A stretch of 62,240 nt of DNA, the filler included, from Platydemus manokwari (lineage: Eukaryota), in assembly GCA_037951405.1 (NCBI GenBank). It is 6 parts of 6 records of this genome, joined end to end, with 100 filler letters (N's around TTAATTAATTAA, not from the genome) between each part and the next. Parts side by side here need not be neighbours in the genome. Positions count along the whole stretch, not along the records: positions 9,819 to 18,678 come from JBBMOY011337983.1; positions 18,779 to 27,693 come from JBBMOY011330205.1; 4 more parts are not named here. One strand, 5' to 3'. The translations under genes and the position numbers were made by a program. The notes beneath the pieces are model-generated. The model saw nothing but the letters and a program-made list of their open reading frames with translations, had not been told where the DNA came from and searched no databases. Shown here one piece after another: positions 14,468 through 27,693 of the stretch (its first letter is position 1; the number at the start of each line of letters is the position of its first letter).

Positions 14468-14474
14468 TATAAAT
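14468..14474 (+). promoter_or_regulatory. Candidate TATA box of the P450 gene
   Basis: TATAAAT lies about 50 bp upstream of the ATG at 14518. Weak evidence in AT-rich DNA. Confidence 0.3.
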
Positions 14475-14517
14475 GCGAGAAACTTTTATTTACTGAAATA
14501 AATTTCATTATTCAATT

Positions 14518-16050
14518 ATGGTTTTGTTTACAATTTTTATTGGATTTTGTTTCGTTTTTATGATATTATTCATAAAACATTACATAAACAGACAACGACA
14601 TCCTCCAGGACCTCTAGGATTGCCAATATTAGGACTAAAGCACTTACGCATTTTGCAGATAATTTTGACTAACATTTTGCCCAAAATGCCTCTACCTACG
14701 AAATATTTAAGTGAAATGAAAAAGAAGTACGGCGATATTTGGTCATTTGAAATCGGACGACAAAAATATATCGTATTGGCTTCAATTGATGTCATTACAG
14801 AAGCTTTTGTTCATAATGGGAAACTGTATTCGGAACGACCGGAAATGGAATATTTTAGACTAATGTGTGAAAATCGGGGAATAATTTTCATTGGTGGGCA
14901 ATTATGGCAAGATAATCGACAAATGGCAATCAAAGCGTTGCGTGATTTGGGAATGGGAAAACGGAATTTAGAAAATGATATTTGCGATGAATCGCATGAA
15001 TTGATCGAATATATAAAAAAGAATTCATTAAGTTCCTTTACAAGTCCATCTGTTTTCATCAAACCTGTGTCCAATGTAATCAATAAATTGGTATTCAATG
15101 AACGAAATTCGTACGATGATCCAGAAATGAACGATTATCTTGCAAATCTTAAAATTATTTTCAGTTCTCATCAAGCCCAAACGATAATGGATCTATTTCC
15201 GAATCTTTATCAAACGAAGTTTATAAGAAAAATATTTCCTTCCATCGATCAATTCATGGCGAGCAATGCAGAATATATACGTTTCATCTCTAACAAATGC
15301 CGGTCAAGAATTAACGTTGAAAACACAGATTCAAAACCATGTTGTGTATTCGATTACTTCTGGCGATATCGTTATCAAGATGAGCCAGAAATCGAATCTG
15401 ATGAAAAGTTCCTTAATGTTGTTCATTCAATGTACGATTTATACAATGCTGGAATTGATACAACAACCAATTTGTTGGGATTCTGTTGTTTATTTCTTGG
15501 TTATGATGATGATTTACAAAATGAAATAAAAACTGAAATAGAAAAGTTAGTTGATGATTATAAATTTATTAATATGGAAATGAGAAAGAATTGTCCGAAA
15601 CTTCTTTCATTTATTGATGAAGTTCAACGATATTGTAATATAGTTCCTGGTGGTGTTCATCGAGTATCAGAAACGTGCATTCTTAGAGGTTATAAAATTG
15701 AACCGTGTGATGTGATCATTGGGGATTTTGCCTCAGTGTCACATGATCCTGTAACATTTAAAAATCCCGATATGTTTGATCCTTACAGATTCTTGGATGA
15801 TTCTGGAAAAATATATATTCCGAATAAATCTCTTATTCCTTTCGGAATCGGGAAACGAGCTTGTTTAGGTGAAAGCATAGCAAAAATGGAATTATTTTTA
15901 TTTCTTTCGAAAATTATTTTCCGTTTTAAAATTGTTTTATCGGATGAAACACGTATCAAGAAAGATGATATAGTACACGGAATCTTTGGTATAGTACATG
16001 CTCCATTAACTCATGAAGTCATCTTTAAGCCTTATAATATGAAAATTTAA
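14518..16050 (+). CDS. Cytochrome P450, clan 2 type, single exon, 510 aa
   Basis: N-terminal TM anchor, PPGP-LP-LG hinge, WxxxR (WQDNR), I-helix AGIDTT, ExxR (EVQR), meander FDPYRF and heme-binding FGIGKRACLG, all in one uninterrupted ORF. Confidence 0.96.
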   Translation: MVLFTIFIGFCFVFMILFIKHYINRQRHPPGPLGLPILGLKHLRILQIILTNILPKMPLPTKYLSEMKKKYGDIWSFEIGRQKYIVLASIDVITEAFVHNGKLYSERPEMEYFRLMCENRGIIFIGGQLWQDNRQMAIKALRDLGMGKRNLENDICDESHELIEYIKKNSLSSFTSPSVFIKPVSNVINKLVFNERNSYDDPEMNDYLANLKIIFSSHQAQTIMDLFPNLYQTKFIRKIFPSIDQFMASNAEYIRFISNKCRSRINVENTDSKPCCVFDYFWRYRYQDEPEIESDEKFLNVVHSMYDLYNAGIDTTTNLLGFCCLFLGYDDDLQNEIKTEIEKLVDDYKFINMEMRKNCPKLLSFIDEVQRYCNIVPGGVHRVSETCILRGYKIEPCDVIIGDFASVSHDPVTFKNPDMFDPYRFLDDSGKIYIPNKSLIPFGIGKRACLGESIAKMELFLFLSKIIFRFKIVLSDETRIKKDDIVHGIFGIVHAPLTHEVIFKPYNMKI

Positions 16051-18256
16051 AAAAAGTAAATTGAAATACTGCTTATCGATTACAATATGGATTTATTATT
16101 GTGGATTTATTAGATAATAACAAGTTTTTAATTATGAAGGTCTTTTAAATTTTAAATTTTAAATTCAATGCTGTTTAATACGTTAATTTAGTCTAATTAT
16201 TTATAATGTAAAACGTCTTTTTGATTTTATCAAAGCTTGGAAATTGATGTGTTCATTTCAGACCACATTGTTTATAATCAATGAAAAATTTAAGAAAATA
16301 CAAATAAAATGGTTATGATGATTTAATCTTAAATTAAGTTGATTAATTTATCAGTTTAATGAGAAAAATACTGATAAAAAATTGAAATAGATTTTAAGAT
16401 AATTTCCTAATTGAATGATAGAAATAATTATCACATTGTAACATTTATTTTACTGTTTCTAAACAATAAGAAAAGTTGATTTGGTTTAATAAACACTTCA
16501 ATTAGTTTTGGTTTAAATCTCTTATAGACAACCAATGGCTTTTAATTTATTTAATTGACGTTTACTTGACTTATTGCGTAGTAGTCCGTGCATAAACAAC
16601 TCTCATTTACTTGTTCTATGTTATAGGCTTGATAGATTATATTATTAAAGTTTCACCTAAAAAGATTAAATTTTTTGTCTTTTGTATTTGTGATTCACCC
16701 AAACAACAATTTAAATATTTTATCAAATAGCTAGTTATACGGAAAAAGTAAATTAGTAGATTGATTATCATATACAAACACGATTCTTAATAATAACTAG
16801 ATATTAATTATATAAATTTAAGTGCATTTTTAATTAATTTAATTATTTTAAAATCTTTAGAATTTTTTCTTTTAATATTCGAGATTATTAAGTCTTTCGG
16901 TATTTTTAAAAACTAATTTTTTCAAAACAAATTTCCATTGATCATTTATCTTTCATATTGTGTAATATTTCAGGTATTTGTTCTTCTAAAGTACCGCTGT
17001 CACAAATGACAAACATTGTTCACTCTTAGCATTATTAATTGTATGTATTACCCAACTCAATTAAGTAAAGCACTTAAAACCTTGGAATGTGTTAGAATTA
17101 AAAATAAATTAAAATCTTCAATTACACCGAAAATTACAATTAGATATACTAAAATTTAGAAAAACGAACAATTACAACATCACAATTGTGAAAAAAACAC
17201 CGCTGATAATATGCAACCGGAATGAACAAAAATATAAACAATTAATTTAATATTAGAAATAATACATTATAAAGCAAGAATTTCACTCAATAGCATTCTA
17301 TTAATGAAATAAAATGAAACTTGAAATAAAAATTAACTTTTCTAAATTTCATTTCTATAAATTTGTGAAATAAAGCAAAATTTTTGTAAAATAATTTATT
17401 AGTATCAGGTAAATTAATAGTAAATTAAAGAAATTCATCTTAACGGATTAAGATGACAACTTCCAGTGTTCCCATGATAACTCAAAAATAACACACCAAA
17501 TAAAATTAAAGCCAAGGTAATGCAACAACCAAGTCACAACAACAATGCATGTGTTGAGTGAGATGGAATTCGGCAAAAAGAAAAACAAAATTACACCTTG
17601 AAACCCTTGTTTTAGCACTTTGAACATTTGCATGCCTACACAATCATACAGACATAGCAGTTAGCCAATCACAGTGAACCTAGATGGTGAATTACAATTG
17701 GAAAAAGGGGCATAGCTACACAAAATAAACATATTGGAAGTGACTAATCCCAGTCATGTAAAATCTTCAAAACCCAATAAGAACACAGAAAATCAAATAA
17801 CAAACCAAAATGTGATAAAAATGACACAAAAAATACACACAGATCGCGAGTATAAAAATCGATGTAAAGATGGACAATTGCCAACTGAAAGTCAAGTTAA
17901 GGTTAAGACTTTTAGTTTGTGTATTGATCAATACACCTTGTATTGGAATCAGTTTTATATTTTTAATAAATAGCCAACACATGTCACAATTAACAATTAA
18001 CCAATAACAGCTGGAAAAAAATCTATATAAGCTAACTAAACTTGGGAATAACATTAAAAATTTTTAAATTACAAGTGTTGGGTAGGTCATGAAAAATACC
18101 TAAATACTCATGGAAACCTTGGAAAAAAAATCTTCAAATGATTGATACACACAGTTTCAATAGGTACACGTGCCAATTACCAATCAGATTCTTCCTATAT
18201 ATCAATTCATATTTAAAATTCAATTCTTGATTATGTGTTTACAATCTTTGATTTGC

Positions 18257-18331
18257 AAAGTACCTTCGAATAAAGTTCCTTAATATGAAGTTCCTTCGGA
18301 TAAAGTTTCTTCGTACAAAGTTAATCCGAAT
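18257..18331. repeat. 15-bp degenerate tandem repeat, 5 copies (AAAGTTCCTTCGAAT-like)
   Basis: Units start at 18257, 18272, 18287, 18302 and 18317. Confidence 0.85.
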
Positions 18332-18610
18332 AAAAAAATATAAAATAAATAAATATTAAGAAGCACTATAAAAATGAATTAAATTTCTTTGAACAATAAT
18401 CCTTTGAATGATATTCCCTCAAACAATGTTAAATAAATATTTATTAATTGATACCAATAAATTAATAAAGATATGTGCAACTTTTCGTAACTTTATTTAA
18501 AATTAGCAGACTCAAAAATGTTCAATACTAAACCTATATATTTAATCAATAATGCATCCGTTTTGTTTCTTATAATTGGGATAAAGATATGAAAATGTTA
18601 TTAGATACTA

Positions 18611-18678
18611 TTAGGTTGGTGCAAAAATAATGGCCTTTTTTAAATTGGCTTTTCATTTTTAAATATTAAATTGAAGAT
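18611..18678 (+). mobile_element. mariner terminal inverted repeat (Hsmar1/cecropia-like), cut by the contig end
   Basis: TA followed by TTAGGTTGGTGCAAAAATAATGGCC closely resembles the Hsmar1-type TIR TTAGGTTGGTGCAAAAGTAATTGCGG. Confidence 0.8.
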
Positions 18679-21600
18679 NNNNNNNNNNNNNNNNNNNNNN
18701 NNNNNNNNNNNNNNNNNNNNNNTTAATTAATTAANNNNNNNNNNNNNNNNNNNNNNNNNNNNNNNNNNNNNNNNNNNNTGTATAATTATTTTTTGTCTTT
18801 TTTTTTGCAGCAAATGACAAAAATTTAAAACTATTTCAACAATTAAATTAGTGGTAAGCTCCTCAGCCTGAACTGACAAGCTTAGAAATGTAGTTTTTCA
18901 TTGAGACCACAGTAAATTGTCTGTGTTTTTATTATTGTCATTTTTTTCTTCATTTTAAGCTGTCATTTTATGTGTGACTGCTTATAAATTCAAAGTCTTT
19001 TATGTCTGCTTATTAAGAGTTCAACAGACTTTTGTATCTCTTTATAAGAAATGCAATTTGACTTTAATATCCTTTTATGATGATTTCAACAAACGTTTTA
19101 AAAATGTTGTTTCATTAGTTCTGGATATTTGTGCAACTCTAACTCCTTCTTCGAACTCTCACGATTTTTAGTTAGAAATCCACAAAAAGTGAGAAAAAAA
19201 ATTTTCAACAGAGGCTCTGCAACTTTTTGTGACTTTCTTATTATTTATGTGTAATATATTCATATGATATACTTTTGAACTCGAGCAATTACATATTTGT
19301 CGAAACTCCATTCAACATTTACTATGAATCACAAGTAATCGATTTCCTGTAATATATATTTCACGTCAATAAATGCGTCTAACGCTAGTTGGTCGGTTTG
19401 GTGTTAATTGATTTCATCTACAAATATCTGATTGTCATTTTCAATATCAACTAAACATGTGTTGACAACTCTACTTTCCTTAAGTTTAGGAAATAAAGTA
19501 AAGACGAAAGGTTATTTTAATTCATTTTTATTCTCATCTTTGTAAGCTTTGGTTAATATCACGCTTTTAGTGGCACAGGTGAGTTGATATTATTCGAGTT
19601 CGACTTGTATTACTAATATATTTTATTATTAATCATGAAAAATCTTTAATAAAACAAGAAATATTTTTCTCCGGTATTATTTGGAATGTTATAATATTTC
19701 ATTTATCGTTGGCCTTTCATTGTAAGATTGACAATAATTGTCTTATTTAAAACGAAAATTACTTGAGCAAAATGTAAAAAAAAGCAATTTAAAAAGTGAA
19801 ATTAGCGAAAGATTAATTATAGATAATTGTTTATTTTTTAAAGAATATATTGTAATGTTACCATAGTGATTGACAACAAATCATAAATGTTTCGTATTTT
19901 TGAATTCATACATTTATTATTATGATCATAATATTAATAATTGATCATAATAATAAATTATTTCTGTATTGTAAACAATGGAATAAAAATACAAACAAAA
20001 ATTTCGCACAATCATACTCGCAACGAGCTTCTTATCGATAATTATCGTTTCATTGTCTTCTAAATGACAAATATTTTAAGGAGAATTTTATATTATTTTC
20101 TTATTAATTTCCATTTCATACATTTTCTGTTTACTTGATAATTTACGAATTTTTATTTTCTGAAACTCAATTATCGATAACATGGTGTTTAATTTTTACA
20201 TATTATGAATTTCGCCAATATTTTTAATTTATATTTTCATTTGTTTTCATCCTTCCTTTAATTTGGAAGGAAACATTTATTAATGGAAATATTTATTTCC
20301 GTTTTTATCGATATTTCTTATCTATACCTATCTACTATTTCAATTGATTTTTTCATTTTTGTCGCTTTTTAGTTTTATGCTTGTTTTTTGTATGAATTAA
20401 ATGACATTTTTTGTTATGGTGAATTATTGATATAATCTACTGTTATGAGAACATATTAGAATAATTACGTTAAATATTATCACCTCCTCAAATAGTGCTC
20501 CGTTGTAAAAGTGTTATTTAAAATATCCATAGATGTTGAAATTCAAATCTCCATGCTAGTTTTATTATACTAGAATATTATATTTTAACTATAATAATTT
20601 CTTTTCCTATGAGGCCTCTTTGTGATTTGGTCATTTATTTCTCATCGGACATAATTTTGTATCCTTATTTATAATATATTATTTCTTCCCAATGTTTTAA
20701 TTTGCTTTTTATTTGACATTGTAGTTTGACATGTAATTATATAGATATGGACAAAACATTTTCCAAATATTAATTAAATTTCTAATAGCTAAATGGTTTC
20801 TTTTAATTCATTAGTTTCGTTTTTATGGGTTTTAATATGTTTTCAGTTTACCATACTAATATTAGAGATTTGTTTTATTTGATTTACTAAATGCAATGAG
20901 AACATTTTCCATGCGAGTTATTAGAAATTATGTTTTCTCTTTCAATAGTTTCTGCAATTCAGTTATTGTTGTGTTTACTCAAATCGATTATCCAACGATA
21001 TTATCAATATTTTCGTCCAATGAAATTAATTTATCATTTATTCGTGTGTATGTATTATTGTATGTAATTCGATATTTCTGCCCAATCATAATCGATTTTC
21101 GTTCATAATATCGATGTATGTGATTACATGTAATTCGATTTTCGGTTGTTTATTTGACTTCATTAGAAGATCGATTTCTTTATTGACATTTCCTCTATTG
21201 CCAACAAAACAGTGCTTGAGCATAATTATTTTTTATCAAGCCAACTCAAACTTGTTTATATGTGTTAATTCATAATTTTTTAATATTACTTTTATCAGAG
21301 CCTGCAGCTCAAAATAAACATGCCAATCCTGTCAAAGCTTGAGTAAAGAAACTTTATTTTCTCAACATAGTGCTAATTTTCGTTCAGTTTTCGTTAATTT
21401 GATTTAATATGTTCCAGTTGCTATGGTGATAATTTTCTACTGTTTTTCTCCCCATTGTCGATGATATTGATTTCTCAGAGTAGAAACGTATATTTCTACA
21501 ATAGAGAATTTATTAATATCGGCATCGATTAGTAAAAATATTAAAAAAAATTTTTCTTTTTTTTAGCAATATATTTATTTCTTACATTTTTACTTTTATT

Positions 21601-21799
21601 TTACTTTTCAGACACGAATAAGGACAAAGTTGAAGATGTTGAAAATGAAAATAATTAGAGAATTCTAGTTTGATCATTTAAAAATTAGTTTCTCGATTTG
21701 TTAATTATTTGTTCATTTTATTAGTAATTAAATTATTGTTATTTGGATTAAATATTCATTAAAGTATTTAATAATTTTTCTTAATCGTAAATTGAAGTG

Positions 21800-22200
21800 A
21801 AAATATGTTGTGAGCTAACCTTTACTTTAGATGTGAAAAGTCAATACGCGTAGGAGTCTCAAATAATCTTGTTATTATCTAATAAATCGAATCTTATATT
21901 TAATATTAAAATTTGTTTGTTTTTGGTTAAAGGTTTGAAATAATTAATTTTGAATGTGTATAGTAGGGAGTCTGGATCTATTTTACTTCGACAGTGGCAA
22001 GAGTAAATAACTATTGAGTAATTGAGATAATTTATTGATATGCTGCAGGATTTTAGTCCATTAAATGAAATAGATGGTAATATAGAATTTGACACAACTC
22101 TAATATTCAAATCGGATATATAATATGCTAGCACGAGATTATATATAGCTCATAATTCACTTCAGATAGAAAGATGTTTAAAATTGTACCACCAATGAGA
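21800..22200 (-). mobile_element. Decayed LINE (CR1/L2-like) apurinic endonuclease fragment
   Basis: ORF 21859-22134 reads LAYYI.D...S.SI....SIVIYSCH...F...KNKQILILNIRFDLLDNN. This follows the APE layout (GGV..YI...I..iYRPP...IlGDFNiDLL) with key residues eroded. Confidence 0.45.
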
Positions 22201-22429
22201 AAATTTAGAATTTATTAATCTTCTGGTTTTCAAAATCAAATAAAGAAAGTTGATAACATAAAATTGGTAAACATATTTATTGTTTCTTCGGAAATGAGAT
22301 GCTGTAAAATGAAGTTAGATTTAAAAATATTGTTGTGCGTAAAAAATTTCAGACAAATTTATGCCTTTTGGTACCTTCAAACCTTTGTTTTCATACTTTA
22401 TGTATACGCATGCCTACACAGTCGTGTTA

Positions 22430-22720
22430 ATCAGCCATTACTAGAAAGTATAGATTAAACATTTTAATTCGGAAACGGACTTGACTACAAAACAACACAC
22501 AATGGTATGAACTAATCCCAATAATAATAAAAGGTAGACCAAATTGAAAATGTAGAAACTAAACATCGAATAAAAGCTTACCATTCGGAATTCATACAAA
22601 TTCTAAGTGCAAATGTCTAAGCAACGATGGTCTAATACCAGTCGAAACTAATGAAATAAAAAAATTATTATTTTGATTTTAGAATTAGAATACTGAGTCA
22701 CACTAGATTGGAGAAATTAA
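22430..22720 (+). mobile_element. Penelope-like element 3' end / pseudo-LTR remnant
   Basis: LLESI...FN../NGLD../QWYELI resembles the GIY-YIG C-terminus (LES..I...N...G..L...W..L). It is followed by GTC-TAAG-CAACGA-TGG(TCTAATA)CCA-GTC-GAAAC and an AATAAA. Confidence 0.5.
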
Positions 22721-23947
22721 AAAACTGCAACCACTATCTAGTTTGATATATCCCGGTTATTTAGGAACAAGAAACAAACATTTATTTTTCAAAATTTCTC
22801 CATACTTGATCAAATCTGCCTTGACACAATAAAATCAATCAAAGTAGTAGTAGAATATATTTATTGAAGTGATTATTGACACTGATGATTATGATTAAAG
22901 TTTTTTTTTGTATCATGAATCAAAAACTTATTTTTTACAAGACTAAACTGTTGTTGTTTATATTTTATTTCAATAGTGTAAAATTTATAAAGTCATAATT
23001 TAGATGATAAAATAAATGCTTATAAATTTATTTTCTCCGTAATTAATTTTCGTTTTACCCAACAAACAATAAACGTCTGGATTGTTTCTTGACACTACAA
23101 TAGAAACCATTGCTTTATGTAAAAATTATATTAGAAAAATATCTACAAATTGAAATAATCTATTAAAAGAAAGTAATTCATTTTTACCAATCAGCTCATT
23201 CAAACTATTTAAGGATGGAGAATACAATCACATTAGTTAAAAACTTTAGAATTTTAATTTGTTTAATTGTTTTCGAAAGTTGCCTCATTTTATAGACTTA
23301 ACGTGTGTGTTGATTTGTCATCTTGCAGCTCCCCTTTTTATTTGTTATTTTTAAAATCAAATTATCATCTTTATTATTTCAATCAAACTTTTCTTCTTTT
23401 TACTTCTTCGAATTAGATTACGACTTTTTTGCTGTTAATTTCTTCTTCTGTTTCTAGATTAACTTCTATTTTGATAATATTTGTTAGCCTAGACTCTATA
23501 TTATTCAATAATTTATCCTGGCTATCACAACTATGGTAAACCTCTTCGAGATCGAATTCCAAATAATCACTTATACTGCTACTATATTTATAATTATCAT
23601 CAACAGATTTTCAATATTAATATTTTATTCTTTATCATTTTCTCATTTTTAATTTATTCCAATAATTTATATATAATTTTACTATTATTATCACAAATTA
23701 TCTAAAATAATTTGATTCTTCTTATTTTAATTTTCGTCATTTATGGACACAATTTTTGGCATTTTTCTGATTTCAATTTGAAACTAAAAATATTTTTGTT
23801 AAATAAATAGTACATATTTGTTAAGAATATATTCACATTAAATATAAAATAATTATTTCAGTTTAATCAAATATTAGAACGATTGTTTTAAACACACTTT
23901 TGATTATTTTTCATTGCGATAACTTCTTTTATTTAAAAAAAATCTTC

Positions 23948-25062
23948 TGCTTAATTTAATAAAAAGGGTCCTTTGACTCAATTTGAATGTAATGATTTTT
24001 CGTGAGTTATACGATATTAAAATTCATTTATAATCAAGATGAAATTTTTGCATAAAATTCAATTTTAGATAAGAAAAGATAAAACAACTCTAACAATTCT
24101 TATATATTATGGATAATGGATTCACAAACCTAAAATAAAATAAAATTATTATTTTGAATATAAAATTTCTACTTAACTTGTATCTATTACTTTCTTACAG
24201 TATATCTCTCCAGTCTTTCAACAACTTGAATACCATGTCTTCGACGTCCCCTTTTATATTTGCCCCTTTAAAATAGGCTACATCAATTTTCAGGACGACA
24301 TTTTGGCCTCCGATTATTTTTCTGTACCATGTTTTTTCTTCATATGTGTAGAATCTACACTGTTTGTATCTTAATAAATAATTTTAAATTCTTGTTTTAA
24401 TTTTAATAAAAGTTGTCATCATTTACTGATTGTTGGTTTGCTTCTGGAGGTCATTTTTGCTATTATATTTTTTGTGAGAGTCCTGTGCACCACAAAAACC
24501 TTACTAAAAATGTCGAAAAGGAACAATGCTGAGTTGTTGAACCAAGCCCCTATTCGAATTCCGAAACTTCTTATATATTTGTGACATATCCAACTAAACG
24601 ATTTATTAGATTTGGATGAAATCTTCATTTCATTACAGCATCGACAGGTTTTGGATCTATGTATCCAATCTAATAAATAGATATTAATATACTTATTTTG
24701 AGATAAAACACATGTACCTAATTCCTGACACTCCTTAATGATTTCCAAGTCACTTTTATAAAACAACTCTTAAATTAATGGATATCACACCATCTGCTTC
24801 TAATGTTAAAAAAGGGGCTCTCGTTAATTTTCATTTATTTGCACTTTGACCCACTTTGACCCGTTTTCGAATTATTAATATTTAGTAGGTTTTAAAATTC
24901 TCGTGTATATAATATTTGATTATAAACAACTAAATTCTTCTCAAGTACTTAAATAAAAAATTCAAAATATTCTTGAAGAATTTAATTAAATAAACTATAG
25001 AGATTTTTGCAATACACTCCATAAAGTTAAAATTTTATTTTAAGACTCTTTTTAACTTATCT
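23948..25062 (-). mobile_element. Merlin (IS1595/ISXO2-related) DNA transposon with decayed, truncated transposase
   Basis: ORF 24419-24766 (C..C...W.C...IR.G.WF..S.L) is followed at 24190-24325 by IIGGQNVVLKIDVAYF /frameshift/ KYKRGRRRHGIQVVERLER, the IGG..VVEIDE..F..RKY.RGR motif. Degenerate TIRs: GCTTAATTTAATAAAAAGGGTC (23949) and GACTCTTTTTAACTTATC (near 25044). Confidence 0.8.
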
Positions 25063-25579
25063 AAATTTTCAACTAGCTAGTATTCGTTATTGTTGGAGTA
25101 GATTTAAAATGCTTAAATTTTAAAAAGATGTAATAATTTGATAAAGAAAACACATGAAATTAAATAATTAAACAAGATATATTTTGAAGAATTGGAAAAA
25201 TAAAGCAACAAAAATCCTCTCGTCGGTTTCGGAGAATTATTATGTTAAAATAAAATTAACAGACGATTTGGATATTTCAAATGATTTTGATCTTTATCAC
25301 CTAAATAATAAATGGAATCTTGAATGTAAAAAATATTGAGTATTAAACCGGCCTTTTTTATAGTTGTTTGATTTTTCCGAATTTCATGGATAAATCCTTA
25401 TACAATGTACTGCTTAAATAATATAACTATAAAATAAGGTCTCTGAGATCCAGAAAAAGCCTTTCAATTTTGCTAAAATGATATTTATTTGTTAAATATT
25501 TTTGTGATGGTTTGAGTTTATTCGCAAGCGATATCTCCAGTGCCATTAGGGAACCTTGATGTTTATTGCCCTTTCTTAA

Positions 25580-27693
25580 CACTAGATATACCAGCTATTT
25601 AATATACCTATTTCTACAAAACCCGTCAAAATGACTAGTGCATAAGATAAAAGGCTTGTTGTGGTTTCCAGTCTATATTTACTCTTAAAAATGACAAAAA
25701 TAAAGTCGAACAATATTAATTATAATAGATAAATGGATTTATAGACATTGCCAATTAACAAAACACTTAATGGTTTACAGTTTGTTGCTCACAATTTCTA
25801 CATGTGTAGATTTTGCTGCGTGTACACTTTCCGCATAGACTTTTTTTGCATTTATTGCAAATATTTGTAGTTTTATTGTTATTGCAATATCCTATTTGAC
25901 ACCATTTTCGTACAGGAACTGTGGTATTTATGATTGGTATATTGACTTCGTGTGGTTTTTGCCTTGAAGTCTGACATTCTGAAGCAAGTTTTTCTGCTAA
26001 TCAAAACAGAAAGTCTTTTCGTGAGATATTTTCTCCTGTTGTGGTTTTGTACAATATGCAGCTATTTATTGTGGCTAAATCTAAAATATTGAAAAATACT
26101 TGAAGTGGCCTCCTTCTGAAACCTGATTTCACCGTATATTTTTGTGCCATTTGATCAGTAACATCGACGCCAAATTTAGTATTATTATAAAACGATACAA
26201 TTTTAGGTAATTTCTTTGAAGCTTTATCAATTTTGATGTGTTTATGTTTTGCACTTAGTATAAGTACTTTTTTATTTGTTTATAAATAGTAAGTTTGCAT
26301 CCATTGGATTGATACAACAACGTTGAGAAACTTGCCATGTTGTCTTTTTTCAGTTTGCAATTTTTTGGCAGCTTCCTCTTGTTTGCGCCTATTGTTCCAA
26401 GCAACGCAGTATTTTTAGATTTTAATTTAAACGCTAAAGGAATACTTGTAAAATAATTATCAGTTGTTACAGTTCTACCCTTCATGGTATATGGTTTAAG
26501 AAGTTTCATTACGACAAATTCGCTTAGGAGGGTTGATGTATTTTGTGTCTCGTCTTTTCCTAAATACGGAAAGCCATTTACCACATATTTCGTCTCTATA
26601 TCTGACGCCAATCAAAATTTTATGCCAAATTTTTGGGGTTTGTTTGGCATATATTGAGTGAGTCTGTATCTGGCCTTTGATGGAAAAAGTTGCTCATCCA
26701 CGGTAATATAAGCTCCCGGTTTGAAGCAATTTTTACTGTTTTCAATAAATTTATCCCAAACTGCTGAGACTAAAGCGAACATGTCTGTTTGCAAATGTGG
26801 ACTCCTTTGATTTTTTTTGTCGAAACGAATGTATCGCAGAATCTCAGTAAAATCACGTCTACTCACAGTGTTGGATAAAAATGATGGTTCCCACTTTTTA
26901 TTCCACAAATATTGAAGCCTCAAATTATTTCCTTCGTACGCTCCACGTGCAAATAATATTGCTAGAAATGCCTTCAATTTTTCTTGCTTAATTGTCTTGT
27001 TTTCCCCCAAAACTCGACAGGCTTCTAACTCAGTACAAATTCGTATATGTTCCGAAATATGGTTGTCAAACAGTAATAGGAACGCACTACTTAGATTCCC
27101 GTTCATAATGTTTCTTTTAACATCTTTGAAAGCACTATGAAATGCTGATCTACCAGTAATACCTCCTTCAATTATCGTCCAAATAGTTCCGTCTGAAGTA
27201 ATTTCAGTTTGCTGATTTGGTATGTTGCTTCCACATTCATCTTTAGAACTAGAATGGAATCGAATACATCCTCTTGTGCTTTTGTTTAGAATATTTTCGC
27301 AATCACTGTCACTTGACTGATCTATATTGTCATCATCAGGAATTTCATCATCACCACTTTCGATAATAGTACTATTACTATCACCATCACTTTCACATAA
27401 TTCACTTTCTACATCTGAACATTTCAGAGGTATATTGGTTTTTGCTTTTTTTGACATTTTAGGGGCTCAGAATTACTATAAAAATTTTGTCTATAAGAAA
27501 AACGTTGCGAGTTGAACAAAGGTAGAAACAAGACTGAACGTGTTTAGTGCATTTACGAAACAAATGCTCATCAACACAATGACGATAGTAAAAGAAAACA
27601 AAAGACGCTTCGGTGATATATGTACTGCATCGGTCTCATGATTCTCCCAAAATCATACATTTTTTCATACAAACACAACCTGTCATTTTGACT
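25580..27693 (-). mobile_element. piggyBac DNA transposon, nearly full length, inactivated (transposase 27457-25767)
   Basis: DDD catalytic motifs ITVDEQL, VTTDNYFTS and GVDVTDQM are present, plus YMPNKPQKFGIKF and a C-terminal Cys-rich domain (CQIGYC...CNKCKKSLCGKC...CRNC). The right end is TTAA (25576-79) followed by CACTAGA. GTCAAAATGAC near 25625 is inverted as GTCATTTTGAC near 27682. The other terminus falls in the gap. Lesions: TGA at 26612-14, frameshift near 26280, TGA near 26001. Confidence 0.93.

Noticed and set aside
26612-26614. In-frame TGA at the conserved Trp of piggyBac KFGIKFW, suggesting readthrough or TGA=Trp
   Set aside because: The same ORF has a frameshift and another TGA at a non-Trp position, and the host genes use TGG for Trp. 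This is a simple TGG>TGA mutation.
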